DNA of 64,000 nt from Verrucomicrobiota bacterium (GTDB lineage: Bacteria > Verrucomicrobiota > Verrucomicrobiia > Chthoniobacterales > UBA10450), in assembly GCA_046732175.1 (NCBI GenBank), contig JBKPMO010000001.1, positions 11,310 to 75,309 of the forward strand. Reading direction: 5' to 3'. The position numbers and the translations under genes are program-made. A model generated the notes under the pieces. It saw only the letters and a program-made list of their open reading frames with translations. It was not told the DNA's origin and did not search any database. This document shows, piece by piece, positions 45,618 to 53,950 of this stretch (position 1 is the stretch's first letter; every line of letters starts with the position of its first letter).

Positions 45618-45679
45618 GGAGGGACGTGCAGAAGTGCGTCCCTCCATAGCAAAGAAAACACGCCGGTCATTAACCGGCG
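45618..45679 (-). terminator. Two tandem terminator hairpins downstream of the LTXXQ paralog
   Basis: On the minus strand: CGCCGGT-taatg-ACCGGCG followed by TGTTTTCTTTG (45650-45679), then GGAGGGACG-cacttctgc-CGTCCCTCC followed by TTTTAA (45618-45645). Confidence 0.65.
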
Positions 45680-45737
45680 CGTTCTTGAATCCAATGTCGG
45701 AGGGGCATTAGCGACCCGATCCTGAGTGAAAAAAGAA

Positions 45738-46058
45738 TCAGCTCTTTTTCGTCATCGTTTTGTCGCACTCAGATTTCAGCTGGGCGTATTGATCCGCAGA
45801 AAGAATATTCTTGGCCTTTTTCATGAACGCCGCGCGACTTTCCCTGGTGCACCCATTCTGCATGCACTCCTTCTGCCATGCCGTCAGTTTCGCGTTCTGG
45901 TCGGTTGTCAGATTCAGACTCGCGAGGTTCATGCAACTCGCCTTGCTATTCGAGGCTTGCATGTCCTTGCTACAACAGCCCTTGCTCCCCGCGAAGGACG
46001 TGCTTGCCGCTAATACTCCCGCTGCCAATACTGCTAAAGTCGTTTTGATCATGCCCAT
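45738..46058 (-). CDS. Small secreted LTXXQ-motif (Spy/CpxP-like) four-Cys protein, paralog of 3133-3453
   Basis: 106 aa with a signal peptide. Motifs LNLTTDQ and ILSADQ. Cys positions match the paralog. Confidence 0.7.
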   Translation of the reverse strand: MGMIKTTLAVLAAGVLAASTSFAGSKGCCSKDMQASNSKASCMNLASLNLTTDQNAKLTAWQKECMQNGCTRESRAAFMKKAKNILSADQYAQLKSECDKTMTKKS

Positions 46059-46096
46059 CAGATAGCAGAGGGGTCTATTTCGTTCAATCTCAGTCC

Positions 46097-46179
46097 GTCA
46101 TCCCGAGCGAAGTCGAGGGATCCCGCCGCGAAACCTTAAGGTAACTTCCACGGGATCTCTCGACTTCGCTCGAGATGAC
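46097..46179. repeat. 83-bp palindromic element (GTCATCCCGAGCGAAGTCGAGGGATCCC family)
   Basis: Left arm 46097-46124 and right arm 46152-46179 (GGGATCTCTCGACTTCGCTCGAGATGAC). 26 of the 28 arm positions are complementary. Confidence 0.85.
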
Positions 46180-46192
46180 CGGTTTACGGCGC

Positions 46193-48769
46193 CTATCGCA
46201 CGCTGAATTCGATCGCGCCGTTTTTGGCATCAGCCACGATTCTCTGTCCCTCCCCAACTTTGCCTTCGAGAATATTCATACTCAATGGGTCAAGCAGATC
46301 GCGCTGGATCACACGTTTCAACGGACGGGCGCCGTAAACCGGATCATAGCCTTCGCGCGCAATTAGGGTCTTGGCCGACTCGGTCAAATCCAGCCTGATG
46401 TTCCGCTGCGCCAAACGTTTCGTTAAACGGGCCAGCTGAATCTCGACAATTTTCTTCAAATCCTCTTCGCTCAGTCGCTCGAAGATAATGATCTCATCGA
46501 CTCGATTCAAAAACTCCGGACGAAAGTGCGCGCGCAACGCGTCCGTCACCAGGCGCCTGCGATTTTCGCTCGATTCTTCTTCGGTGATGTACTGCGAACC
46601 GATGTTCGAAGTCATGATGATGACAGTGTTCTTGAAATCGACCGTTCTCCCCTGCCCGTCCGTGATACGTCCATCGTCGAGCACTTGCAGCAAGACGTTA
46701 AACACGTCCGGATGCGCTTTTTCGATTTCGTCGAATAACACGACAGAATAGGGCTTACGTCGGATTGCCTCCGAAAGTTGTCCGCCTTCTTCGTAGCCGA
46801 CATAACCCGGCGGCGCGCCGATCAATCGCGCCACGGTGTGTTTTTCCATGTATTCGCTCATGTCGATCCGGACCATCGCGTTCTCATCATCGAACAAAAA
46901 TTCCGCGAGCGCGCGAGAGAGCTCAGTCTTACCGACACCGGTCGGCCCGAGAAAAATGAATGAGCCAAGTGGGCGATTCGGATCTTGCAGGCCGGCACGG
47001 GCGCGCCGGACAGCGTTCGCTACTGCTTTGATCGCTGCCTCCTGATCGACGACGCGCTGATGCAAATGCTCTTCGAGTCGCACCAACTTCGCGCGTTCAC
47101 CTTCCTGCAAACGCGAGACCGGAATGCCCGTCCAGCTTGAAACAACCTGCGCGATATCTTCTTCGGTCACTTCTTCGCGGAGAAGTCTTCTTCTGGGACC
47201 ACTCTTGGCACTTTGTGCCGTTACTTCCGCGAGCTTCTTTTCCAGTTCTGGAATTCTTCCGTACTGAATCTCGCTGGCTTTAGCGAGTTCGCCGCGCCGC
47301 TGCGCGCGCTCCAGTTCCGTCCGCAACTGATCGAGTTCTTCCTTCAGCTTCGCCTGCTCATTAATCTGCGCTTTTTCCTTTTGCCATTCCGCCTTGAGCG
47401 CACTCGATTTTTCCTTTAACTCAGCCAGTTCTTTTTCGAGTTTCTTGAGCCGCTCTTTGCTGGCCGCATCCTTTTCCATTTTCAGCGCCTGCCGCTCCAT
47501 CTCGTGCTGCATGATCTCGCGTTCGATCACGTCGATTTCCGTCGGCATGGAATCGAGCTCGATCTTCAGACGTGATGCCGCTTCGTCGACCAAATCGACC
47601 GCTTTGTCCGGTAAAAACCGGTCGCTGATGTAGCGATGCGACAAGACCGCAGCGGCAACCAGTGCCGCGTCGGTGATACGCACGCCGTGATGCACTTCGT
47701 AGCGTTCTTTCAATCCGCGCAGGATGGCGATTGTATCTTCCACGCTCGGCTCATTCACCATGACCGGCTGGAAACGACGTTCCAGCGCAGCGTCTTTCTC
47801 GATATATTTGCGATACTCATCGAGCGTGGTTGCGCCGATCGTGCGCAACTCTCCGCGCGCCAACATCGGCTTAAGCATGTTGGAGGCATCGACCGATCCT
47901 TCCGCCGCACCCGCACCCACGATGGTGTGCAGCTCATCGATGAAGAGGATGATTTCGCCTTGCGAATCGGTCACCTCCTTTAGAAATGCTTTCAGCCGAT
48001 CTTCGAATTCGCCGCGAAACTTCGCGCCCGCCACCATCGCGCCAATGTCCATCGCAATGATGCGTTTGTTTTTCAATGACTCCGGGACATCGCCGGAAAC
48101 GATCCGACGTGCCAATCCCTCGACGATCGCGGTTTTGCCAACGCCGGGCTCGCCGATTAACACCGGATTATTTTTGGTCCGGCGCGAAAGCACTTGCATG
48201 ACGCGGCGAATTTCATTGTCGCGCCCGATGACCGGATCGATTTTCCCGCGTCGGGCCAGTTGCGTGAGATCGCGTCCATATTTTTCCAACGTCTGATATT
48301 TTCCCTCCGGATTTTGATCGGTGACGCGTTGCGAACCACGCACCTGCTGCAACCCCTGGATGATTTTGTCGCGGGTCCCCCCCAGATCCTTCAGTGCTTT
48401 TGCCGCCGAATTGTTTTCGCCAGCGAGAGCGAGCAGATAATGCTCAGCGCTCACGTATTCGTCTTTCAACTTCGACATCTCACTCTCGGCGGAATCAAGC
48501 GTGCGGCGCAGGTCATTTGAAATGCGCAGATCAGAAACCGCGCCACTAACTTTTGGCCTGCGTGCTAAATCGGTTTCGAGTCGCGACCGCAACGAATCGG
48601 GCGATGCTCCAATTTTCTCAAGTAACGGCCGGGTCACGCCTTCGCCCTGATCAAGCAGTGCCAGCAGAAAATGCTCGTTGCCTATTTCCGGGCTTTGCGT
48701 GCGCGAGCCAACATCCTGCGCGCTTTGCAGCGCCTCCTGCATCTTTTGAGTGAATCGGTCGATGCGCAT
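46193..48769 (-). CDS. clpB: ATP-dependent disaggregase ClpB
   Basis: Clp N domain, two AAA+ modules ([16 protein letters not shown]) and a long coiled-coil middle domain. 858 aa. Confidence 0.97.
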   Translation of the reverse strand: MRIDRFTQKMQEALQSAQDVGSRTQSPEIGNEHFLLALLDQGEGVTRPLLEKIGASPDSLRSRLETDLARRPKVSGAVSDLRISNDLRRTLDSAESEMSKLKDEYVSAEHYLLALAGENNSAAKALKDLGGTRDKIIQGLQQVRGSQRVTDQNPEGKYQTLEKYGRDLTQLARRGKIDPVIGRDNEIRRVMQVLSRRTKNNPVLIGEPGVGKTAIVEGLARRIVSGDVPESLKNKRIIAMDIGAMVAGAKFRGEFEDRLKAFLKEVTDSQGEIILFIDELHTIVGAGAAEGSVDASNMLKPMLARGELRTIGATTLDEYRKYIEKDAALERRFQPVMVNEPSVEDTIAILRGLKERYEVHHGVRITDAALVAAAVLSHRYISDRFLPDKAVDLVDEAASRLKIELDSMPTEIDVIEREIMQHEMERQALKMEKDAASKERLKKLEKELAELKEKSSALKAEWQKEKAQINEQAKLKEELDQLRTELERAQRRGELAKASEIQYGRIPELEKKLAEVTAQSAKSGPRRRLLREEVTEEDIAQVVSSWTGIPVSRLQEGERAKLVRLEEHLHQRVVDQEAAIKAVANAVRRARAGLQDPNRPLGSFIFLGPTGVGKTELSRALAEFLFDDENAMVRIDMSEYMEKHTVARLIGAPPGYVGYEEGGQLSEAIRRKPYSVVLFDEIEKAHPDVFNVLLQVLDDGRITDGQGRTVDFKNTVIIMTSNIGSQYITEEESSENRRRLVTDALRAHFRPEFLNRVDEIIIFERLSEEDLKKIVEIQLARLTKRLAQRNIRLDLTESAKTLIAREGYDPVYGARPLKRVIQRDLLDPLSMNILEGKVGEGQRIVADAKNGAIEFSVR

Positions 48770-48791
48770 GGCTAACGATAATCAAGGAGAC

Positions 48792-48807
48792 GCGTTTTCA
48801 AAAACGC
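48792..48807. promoter_or_regulatory. Perfect 16-bp palindrome upstream of clpB
   Basis: GCGTTTT-ca-AAAACGC, 23-38 nt upstream of the clpB ATG. On the minus strand it contains TTGAAA. Confidence 0.4.
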
Positions 48808-49007
48808 CTCAGAGCAAAATTTGTTGCACCTCAGGATGAACTGTCGGCCCTTTGCTTCTGCGCGTTTGTCGCCACCGGACTCGGAAATCATTGTGGGCTT
48901 GAGAAAGCAAACGCTACCGCACATCAGCATGATGAAGCATACTCGTGGATTTTTGCGAAAAATCATGGACGTGTGTCCAGTTCCAACCCAAACTGGCCGT
49001 CGTTTCA

Positions 49008-49109
49008 CATGACAAAAGACACGCAAAAAGCTCTGGCGATTATCATCGCGTCCCTGGGGGTGCTGGTAGGTCTGTTGTTCTGGGCCAATCATCTCCGGCC
49101 GCATCCATA
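49008..49109 (+). CDS. Possible 33-aa single-TM peptide (weak)
   Basis: Own translation: MTKDTQKALAIIIASLGVLVGLLFWANHLRPHP*. No clear RBS. Confidence 0.2.
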
Positions 49110-49171
49110 AAAGCCGCGCCGGCATTGACGCGATTGCTACTGCGTCGCGCCACAGGTATCTGTCTCTGCCC

Positions 49172-50449
49172 ATGAGTACTGACGTACCCGGATCCCGACG
49201 AAAAATGCTCGCACTTCTACATGCCGGGCCTTTTCGCCGTTACATCATTGGCTCGCTCATTTCCGACAGCGGCACCTGGATGCAATGGATGGCGCAGGGG
49301 TATGTCATGAGCACGTTGACCGACAGCGCGTTCATGATCGGGTTGGCGACCTTTGCCACAGGTGTAGCAACAATTATTTTTACTCCGACTGGCGGATCAG
49401 CCGCGGATCGTTCAGACAAGCGCAAGATTCTGATCGCGACTCAAGTTGCGCAGATCGTATTCGCACTTGCCCTGGGATGGCTCGTCCAAACTCATCAAGT
49501 CCACATGTGGCACATGATACTTTTCGGGAGTTTGCTCGGAATCACGATCGGTTTCGAAATGCCCGCCATCTCCGCCCTCGTTCCGGAATTGGTGAAGCGC
49601 GAGGAAATCGCGTCTGCCGTGGCGCTGGATCGGTCAGTTTTTCACGGATCAAGGCTAATTGGACCTTCGGTCGCCGGCATTTTGGTCGGTTGGTGGGGCG
49701 CAGCATCAGCCTTTTTCGCCAATGCAATCTCGTTTGTTGCGCTCATCATCGCGCTCGTTTCGCTTCCGAAACGCCCCGTCGGCACAGCCGAGGAAGAAGC
49801 GCAACGGCAGACTGGTTTTGGCGAAGGTATTCGCTACGTCCGATCCAATCGCATTATCATCTCGATGGTCATGCTCATTGCTCTCAACACCATTTTCATT
49901 TTTCCCGCCATCTCGCCCGCAATGCTGCCCCTCTACGTCCGCAACATTCTCCATCTGGGACCGAGCGAACTCGGCTGGCTGATGGCAGTGAGCGGAACCG
50001 GAGCATTTTTTGGTGCGGTCGGTTTGCTTACGGTCGAACGTCACCGGCGGCTGAAATTCATGAGCTTCAATGTCGTCGCCATTGCCGCCGGCGTTTTTTG
50101 CATGTCACGCTCGCACAGTTTTCTTTTTACCGCATTGGCACTGGGTCTCGTCGCCATCGCCCTTTCGATGAATTTCGGCTTGGCCAATACCATCGTGCAG
50201 GAACATGCGCCGCCGCCATTGCGCGGCCGTGTCTCCGCTGTTTTCGGTATGAGCTTTTTCGGCTTAATGCCAATTGGCGGACTGGTCGTTCCAGGCGTTT
50301 CGGATTTGATCGGCATGCGCACAGCTCTCGCCGTGGCGTCGGTGATTTATGGAATTGCGGCGGTGTACGTCTTAAGCATGGCGGGTCGTCATGTTTGCGA
50401 CCAACCCGTCGAGCCCGTCGCGGAATCCGAGATGGCACCGGTCGCCTGA
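49172..50449 (+). CDS. MFS transporter (EntS/MFS_3-like)
   Basis: About 12 hydrophobic segments. GG..ADR.DKR loop motif between TM2 and TM3. Confidence 0.88.
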   Translation: MSTDVPGSRRKMLALLHAGPFRRYIIGSLISDSGTWMQWMAQGYVMSTLTDSAFMIGLATFATGVATIIFTPTGGSAADRSDKRKILIATQVAQIVFALALGWLVQTHQVHMWHMILFGSLLGITIGFEMPAISALVPELVKREEIASAVALDRSVFHGSRLIGPSVAGILVGWWGAASAFFANAISFVALIIALVSLPKRPVGTAEEEAQRQTGFGEGIRYVRSNRIIISMVMLIALNTIFIFPAISPAMLPLYVRNILHLGPSELGWLMAVSGTGAFFGAVGLLTVERHRRLKFMSFNVVAIAAGVFCMSRSHSFLFTALALGLVAIALSMNFGLANTIVQEHAPPPLRGRVSAVFGMSFFGLMPIGGLVVPGVSDLIGMRTALAVASVIYGIAAVYVLSMAGRHVCDQPVEPVAESEMAPVA

Positions 50450-50464
50450 TCAGTCGCCTGGCCG

Positions 50465-51376
50465 ATGATCGCATTCTCCACCTGCTGGAATTCAGGACGC
50501 CACACTTCGGGCGAGGAAATGTTGCGCGAGATTCAGGCGCTTGGTTTCGATCTGGTCGAGTTAGGACACGGCATTCGCATCTCGCTCATCCCTGGAATTC
50601 AAAAAATGTTTGATGCCGGCGAAGTACGAATCAGCAGCTTACATAATTTCTGTCCATTGCCGGTCGAAACCATGGGTGCGTCACCCGATTGCTACGAATT
50701 CTCCGCTGCTCGAAAAAGCGAGCGCGATCGCGCCGTGAAACAGACACTGCAAACTCTCGATTTTGCCGCTCGGTTGAACGCCCCGTTTGTCGTGCTGCAT
50801 TGCGGCTCGATCTCGATGAATCCGATCACCGATGAATTAATTGCGCTGGCGCAGAACGGCGCGTTGCTTTCGCGCAAATACGTTCGAAAAAAAATTGACG
50901 CCGTGCGAACGCGAGAGCAGGCGGCGCCGGCGCATCTCGCTCGGGTGAAGGAATGCCTCAAGCCGATCGTCGAACGGGCGGCGGAGAAAGATGTTCGCCT
51001 CGGGATCGAGGGGCGTCGCGGCTACGAAGAGATTCCCTCGGAACGCGAAATCCCACAGTTGCTCGATGAAATCGCCGCGCCGCACGTCGGTTATTGGCAC
51101 GACATGGGACATATCCAAATTAAGGAAAATCTTGGATTTCTCAATCATGCCGAATGGCTTAGGACGATCGGGTCGCGTACGATCGGCTGTCACATGCAGG
51201 ACGTAAACTGGCCGGGACAGGACCACCAATCGCCTTTTCTCGGCGACATGAAATTGGAACCCCTCACCCGGCTGCTGCCGCGGAATTGCCAGATCGTCTG
51301 GGAGCTGAGCCCTCGTTTGTCGTCGGAAGAAATCATCCAGTCGCGCGGGATTTGGAAGGAACACTTCGGCGAATGA
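50465..51376 (+). CDS. Sugar phosphate isomerase/epimerase (xylose-isomerase-like TIM barrel)
   Basis: FD.VELG, V.LH.G, GIE.R, HD.GH pattern. Confidence 0.8.
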   Translation: MIAFSTCWNSGRHTSGEEMLREIQALGFDLVELGHGIRISLIPGIQKMFDAGEVRISSLHNFCPLPVETMGASPDCYEFSAARKSERDRAVKQTLQTLDFAARLNAPFVVLHCGSISMNPITDELIALAQNGALLSRKYVRKKIDAVRTREQAAPAHLARVKECLKPIVERAAEKDVRLGIEGRRGYEEIPSEREIPQLLDEIAAPHVGYWHDMGHIQIKENLGFLNHAEWLRTIGSRTIGCHMQDVNWPGQDHQSPFLGDMKLEPLTRLLPRNCQIVWELSPRLSSEEIIQSRGIWKEHFGE

Positions 51377-52419
51377 AAAAAATCCTACTCACGGCTCTCC
51401 AAATTGCCGTCACCGTCGGCATGTTGATATGGGTTTTTCACGACCCGAATCAGCGAGCCAAAATGGCGGAGGCGCTTCGCACCGCCAATTATCGCTGGGT
51501 CGTCGTCGGAATATTCTCCTATTTACTGGTCGAAATTTTTGCCGCCCTTCGCTGGCAAGTCCTGCTCAGAGTCCAAAAGATTCACCTCAGTTTTCCACGA
51601 ATCGCCGGATTGTTTCTGATCGGCATGTTTTACAATCAATTTCTGCCCGGTGGCACGGGCGGCGATATTATTAAGAGCTATCTTTTGCTCAAAGAAACCC
51701 CGGATAAAAAAGCCGGGGCGTTGCTCGCGGTCGTGTTCGATCGACTCATCGGTTTAGTGGCGCTGGTAGCGATCACCGTAACGCTGATCAGTCTGCGCTT
51801 CGACATCTTGTCAAAGACTCCGGAAACGCGACGATTGCTTTGGATATTGCTGTTTCTTCTGGGCAGCTCGATCATTGCCCTCCTCACTAGTTTCATCGTC
51901 AGTGGCTTCAATCTTTTTCATTGGTTGCCTCACAAATTTCCCGGACGCGAAAAATTAATTGAGGTTTCTGCGGCTTACCATCTTTATGCGCGGCACTGGA
52001 TCGCCACCTTCGTCGCGTTTGGCGCGTCGTTGGGAGCGCATCTTGCAACCTTCACCACGTTTCTTTGCGTAGCCTACGCATTTGACGTGCCTTCGGCGTT
52101 TCCGGAAGGGGTGAAAGTGCTCGATTTCTTCGCCGTCTTGCCGATCGAACGCACGATTACGGCCCTGCCCATTAGCTTCGCCGGTCTCGGTCTGCGCGAA
52201 CAAATCCTGCAGGTCATGCTGCACAACGTTTGTCATGCCTCCGTTGCTGTTTCCAAGCTGATCGGCACAATGGGTTTCCTGATCATATTCTTCTGCTGCG
52301 TGCCCGGTGGCATTGTTTACTTCCTATACAAGCCAAGCGGCGAAACGCGCCACGTGCGCATGCGCGAAATGCAAACAGAAGTAGCCACGCTTGAGCATGA
52401 AATCGGCGGCACGGAATAA
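51373..52419 (+). CDS. Flippase-like/lysylphosphatidylglycerol-synthase transmembrane-domain (UPF0104) protein
   Basis: Start at ATG 51373 (ATGA overlap with the upstream stop). MKKILLTALQIAVTVGMLIWVF, RW..LL, FYNQFLPGGTGGD. About 8 TM segments. Confidence 0.8.
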   Translation: MKKILLTALQIAVTVGMLIWVFHDPNQRAKMAEALRTANYRWVVVGIFSYLLVEIFAALRWQVLLRVQKIHLSFPRIAGLFLIGMFYNQFLPGGTGGDIIKSYLLLKETPDKKAGALLAVVFDRLIGLVALVAITVTLISLRFDILSKTPETRRLLWILLFLLGSSIIALLTSFIVSGFNLFHWLPHKFPGREKLIEVSAAYHLYARHWIATFVAFGASLGAHLATFTTFLCVAYAFDVPSAFPEGVKVLDFFAVLPIERTITALPISFAGLGLREQILQVMLHNVCHASVAVSKLIGTMGFLIIFFCCVPGGIVYFLYKPSGETRHVRMREMQTEVATLEHEIGGTE

Positions 52420-53227
52420 GACGTCATCCCACGGCGCCCCTTCCCGCGGTAACTTGACTGGTTTAACCAGTCAAGTTCAGAAAGTTCCACGGGCCCATTC
52501 ACATAGTCGGCGTCCTTTCGTCGCTGTCACTTTCGCGATGACGGTCGATGGCAAGGTGACGACAAAAAATTATTCCGCGGTCGATTTCACTTCCCGGCAC
52601 GACAAAGCGCATCTCATTCGGCAACGTGCGCTGGGCGATGCCGTTCTTGTCGGCCACGGAACAATTGAGAACGACAATGTGCGATTGGGAATTCCACGGG
52701 AAGACTTACGCCAGGAACGAATCGCGCGGGGACAGCCCCCGTATCCAATTCGCGTGATTGTTTCCAATAAGGGCCGGATCAACCCTAAGCTGAAGATTTT
52801 CGAGACTGACTTCGCTCCCATCATAATTTTTTCCACCACGCGCATGCCTCGTCGTACGCGGGAACAACTACGCAAAAAAGCGACGCTCTATCTAAGCCAG
52901 GCGCGGCGCGTTGATCTACGCTGGATGTTCCAGGAGCTGCGCTACGATTTTAAGGTGAAATATGTCGCCTGCGAAGGCGGCCCGGCATTGTTTCGCTCAT
53001 TGCTAGAGCAGGGGCTTGTTGATCAACTGAATCTGACGATCGCGCCATTTCTTTTTGGCGGGAAAAACGCTCCGACCCTTATCGGCACCGGTATGGATTT
53101 TCTTCCGCACAGCGTTCGCTGTTCTTTGCACGAAATGAAAGTCGTTGGTAACGAATGTTTCCTGACTTATCGCATCCGTCACTCGTCACCCCGAGGAACT
53201 CGAGGGATCCTGTTGCGCAAGGTGTAA
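52391..53227 (+). CDS. RibD C-terminal domain (dihydrofolate-reductase-like) reductase
   Basis: PFVAVTFAMTVDGKVTT, HGT...D......... CEGGP.L...L...LVD.L.LTI.P...GG. The start is uncertain (TTG 52391, ATG 52397 or TTG 52454). The last 14 codons lie in a repeat element. Confidence 0.75.
   Translation: MSMKSAARNKTSSHGAPSRGNLTGLTSQVQKVPRAHSHSRRPFVAVTFAMTVDGKVTTKNYSAVDFTSRHDKAHLIRQRALGDAVLVGHGTIENDNVRLGIPREDLRQERIARGQPPYPIRVIVSNKGRINPKLKIFETDFAPIIIFSTTRMPRRTREQLRKKATLYLSQARRVDLRWMFQELRYDFKVKYVACEGGPALFRSLLEQGLVDQLNLTIAPFLFGGKNAPTLIGTGMDFLPHSVRCSLHEMKVVGNECFLTYRIRHSSPRGTRGILLRKV
52451..52477. promoter_or_regulatory. Perfect 27-nt palindrome at the 5' end of the reductase gene
   Basis: AACTTGACTGGTT-T-AACCAGTCAAGTT (13-bp arms). 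It lies 32 nt past the upstream stop codon. Its left arm contains the in-frame TTG at 52454. Confidence 0.5.
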
Positions 53228-53267
53228 GGTAACCTCCGATCGACTGGAAGCCTGCGCTCCCGTCGAC
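53186..53267. repeat. Diverged copy of the GTCATCCCGAG...GAGGGATCC element overlapping the reductase 3' end
   Basis: GTCACCCCGAGGAACTCGAGGGATCC (53186-53210) followed by a loop homologous to the other copies (TGTTGCGCAAGGTGTAAGGTAACCTCC). The stop codon at 53225-53227 lies in that loop. Confidence 0.65.
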
Positions 53268-53305
53268 TTCCCGTCTGCCGAACCTGCTGCTAAATTAGCG
53301 GCGAA

Positions 53306-53950
53306 ATGGACTCGCGCGGACTCATTTTGTTGAACGCGATTCTTGCTAGCTTTCCCATTTCGAGCCCGGCAGATGCGATCGTCGAAGGACGAGTGCAATT
53401 GCCGGAAGCGCGTGCTGCACCGGTCATGGCGAAGCGTTATGAGATTGTCACCACTGGGAACGTCCTGAAAACCGAACCGCCCCTCGCAGTTGTATATCTG
53501 GAGGGCTCCTTTTCGAAAGCGAATTTTTCGATAACTAAACAGATCGGGCAAAAAGATCTGGCTTTTATTCCCGCTCTCCTGCCGGTGCGCGTCGGGACAA
53601 AAATAGAATTCCCGAACTTCGACAACACCTATCATAGCGTCTTTTCATATTCACCCGCCAAACGGTTCGATTTGGGGCGCTATCGGCCGGATGAACGGCC
53701 AATCCCGTCGAAAATTTTTGACATGCCAGGATTGGTAACGTTGCGCTGCGATATTCACGAGCATATGCGCGGTCTGATACTCGTTTTGGACACGCCACAT
53801 TTCGTGACCACGGATACGGACGGGCGGTTTCGATTGAGCGGGCTTCCTTCCGGTCACTATCTGCTCAAAGCCTGGATCGATAGCAAGACGACGCGAGAGC
53901 AACCAGTTGATTTGAAAGACGGGGCGACGGTGCACGTCGATTTTCCATGA
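53306..53950 (+). CDS. Secreted amicyanin-like cupredoxin with a C-terminal carboxypeptidase-regulatory-like beta-sandwich
   Basis: Signal peptide. F.P.......G..I.F.N.D..YHSVFS followed by LRCDIHEHM gives H ... C-x2-H-x2-M, the type-1 copper ligand spacing of amicyanin. The C-terminal TDTDGRFRLSGLPSGHYLLKAW is CarboxypepD_reg-like. Confidence 0.65.
   Translation: MDSRGLILLNAILASFPISSPADAIVEGRVQLPEARAAPVMAKRYEIVTTGNVLKTEPPLAVVYLEGSFSKANFSITKQIGQKDLAFIPALLPVRVGTKIEFPNFDNTYHSVFSYSPAKRFDLGRYRPDERPIPSKIFDMPGLVTLRCDIHEHMRGLILVLDTPHFVTTDTDGRFRLSGLPSGHYLLKAWIDSKTTREQPVDLKDGATVHVDFP

Noticed and set aside
48770-48900. CIRCE/HrcA operator or canonical sigma32 promoter upstream of clpB
   Set aside because: There is no TTAGCACTC-N9-GAGTGCTAA-like sequence and no CCCCAT-type -10 at the proper spacing. 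Only the unrelated 16-bp palindrome is reported.
49285-50613. 442-aa ORF in an alternative plus-strand frame, overlapping the MFS transporter gene and the start of the next gene
   Set aside because: Its Arg/Gly/Ser/His-rich low-complexity translation has no motifs. The overlapping frame at 49172-50449 gives a clean 12-TM MFS pattern. This is a typical GC-rich shadow ORF.
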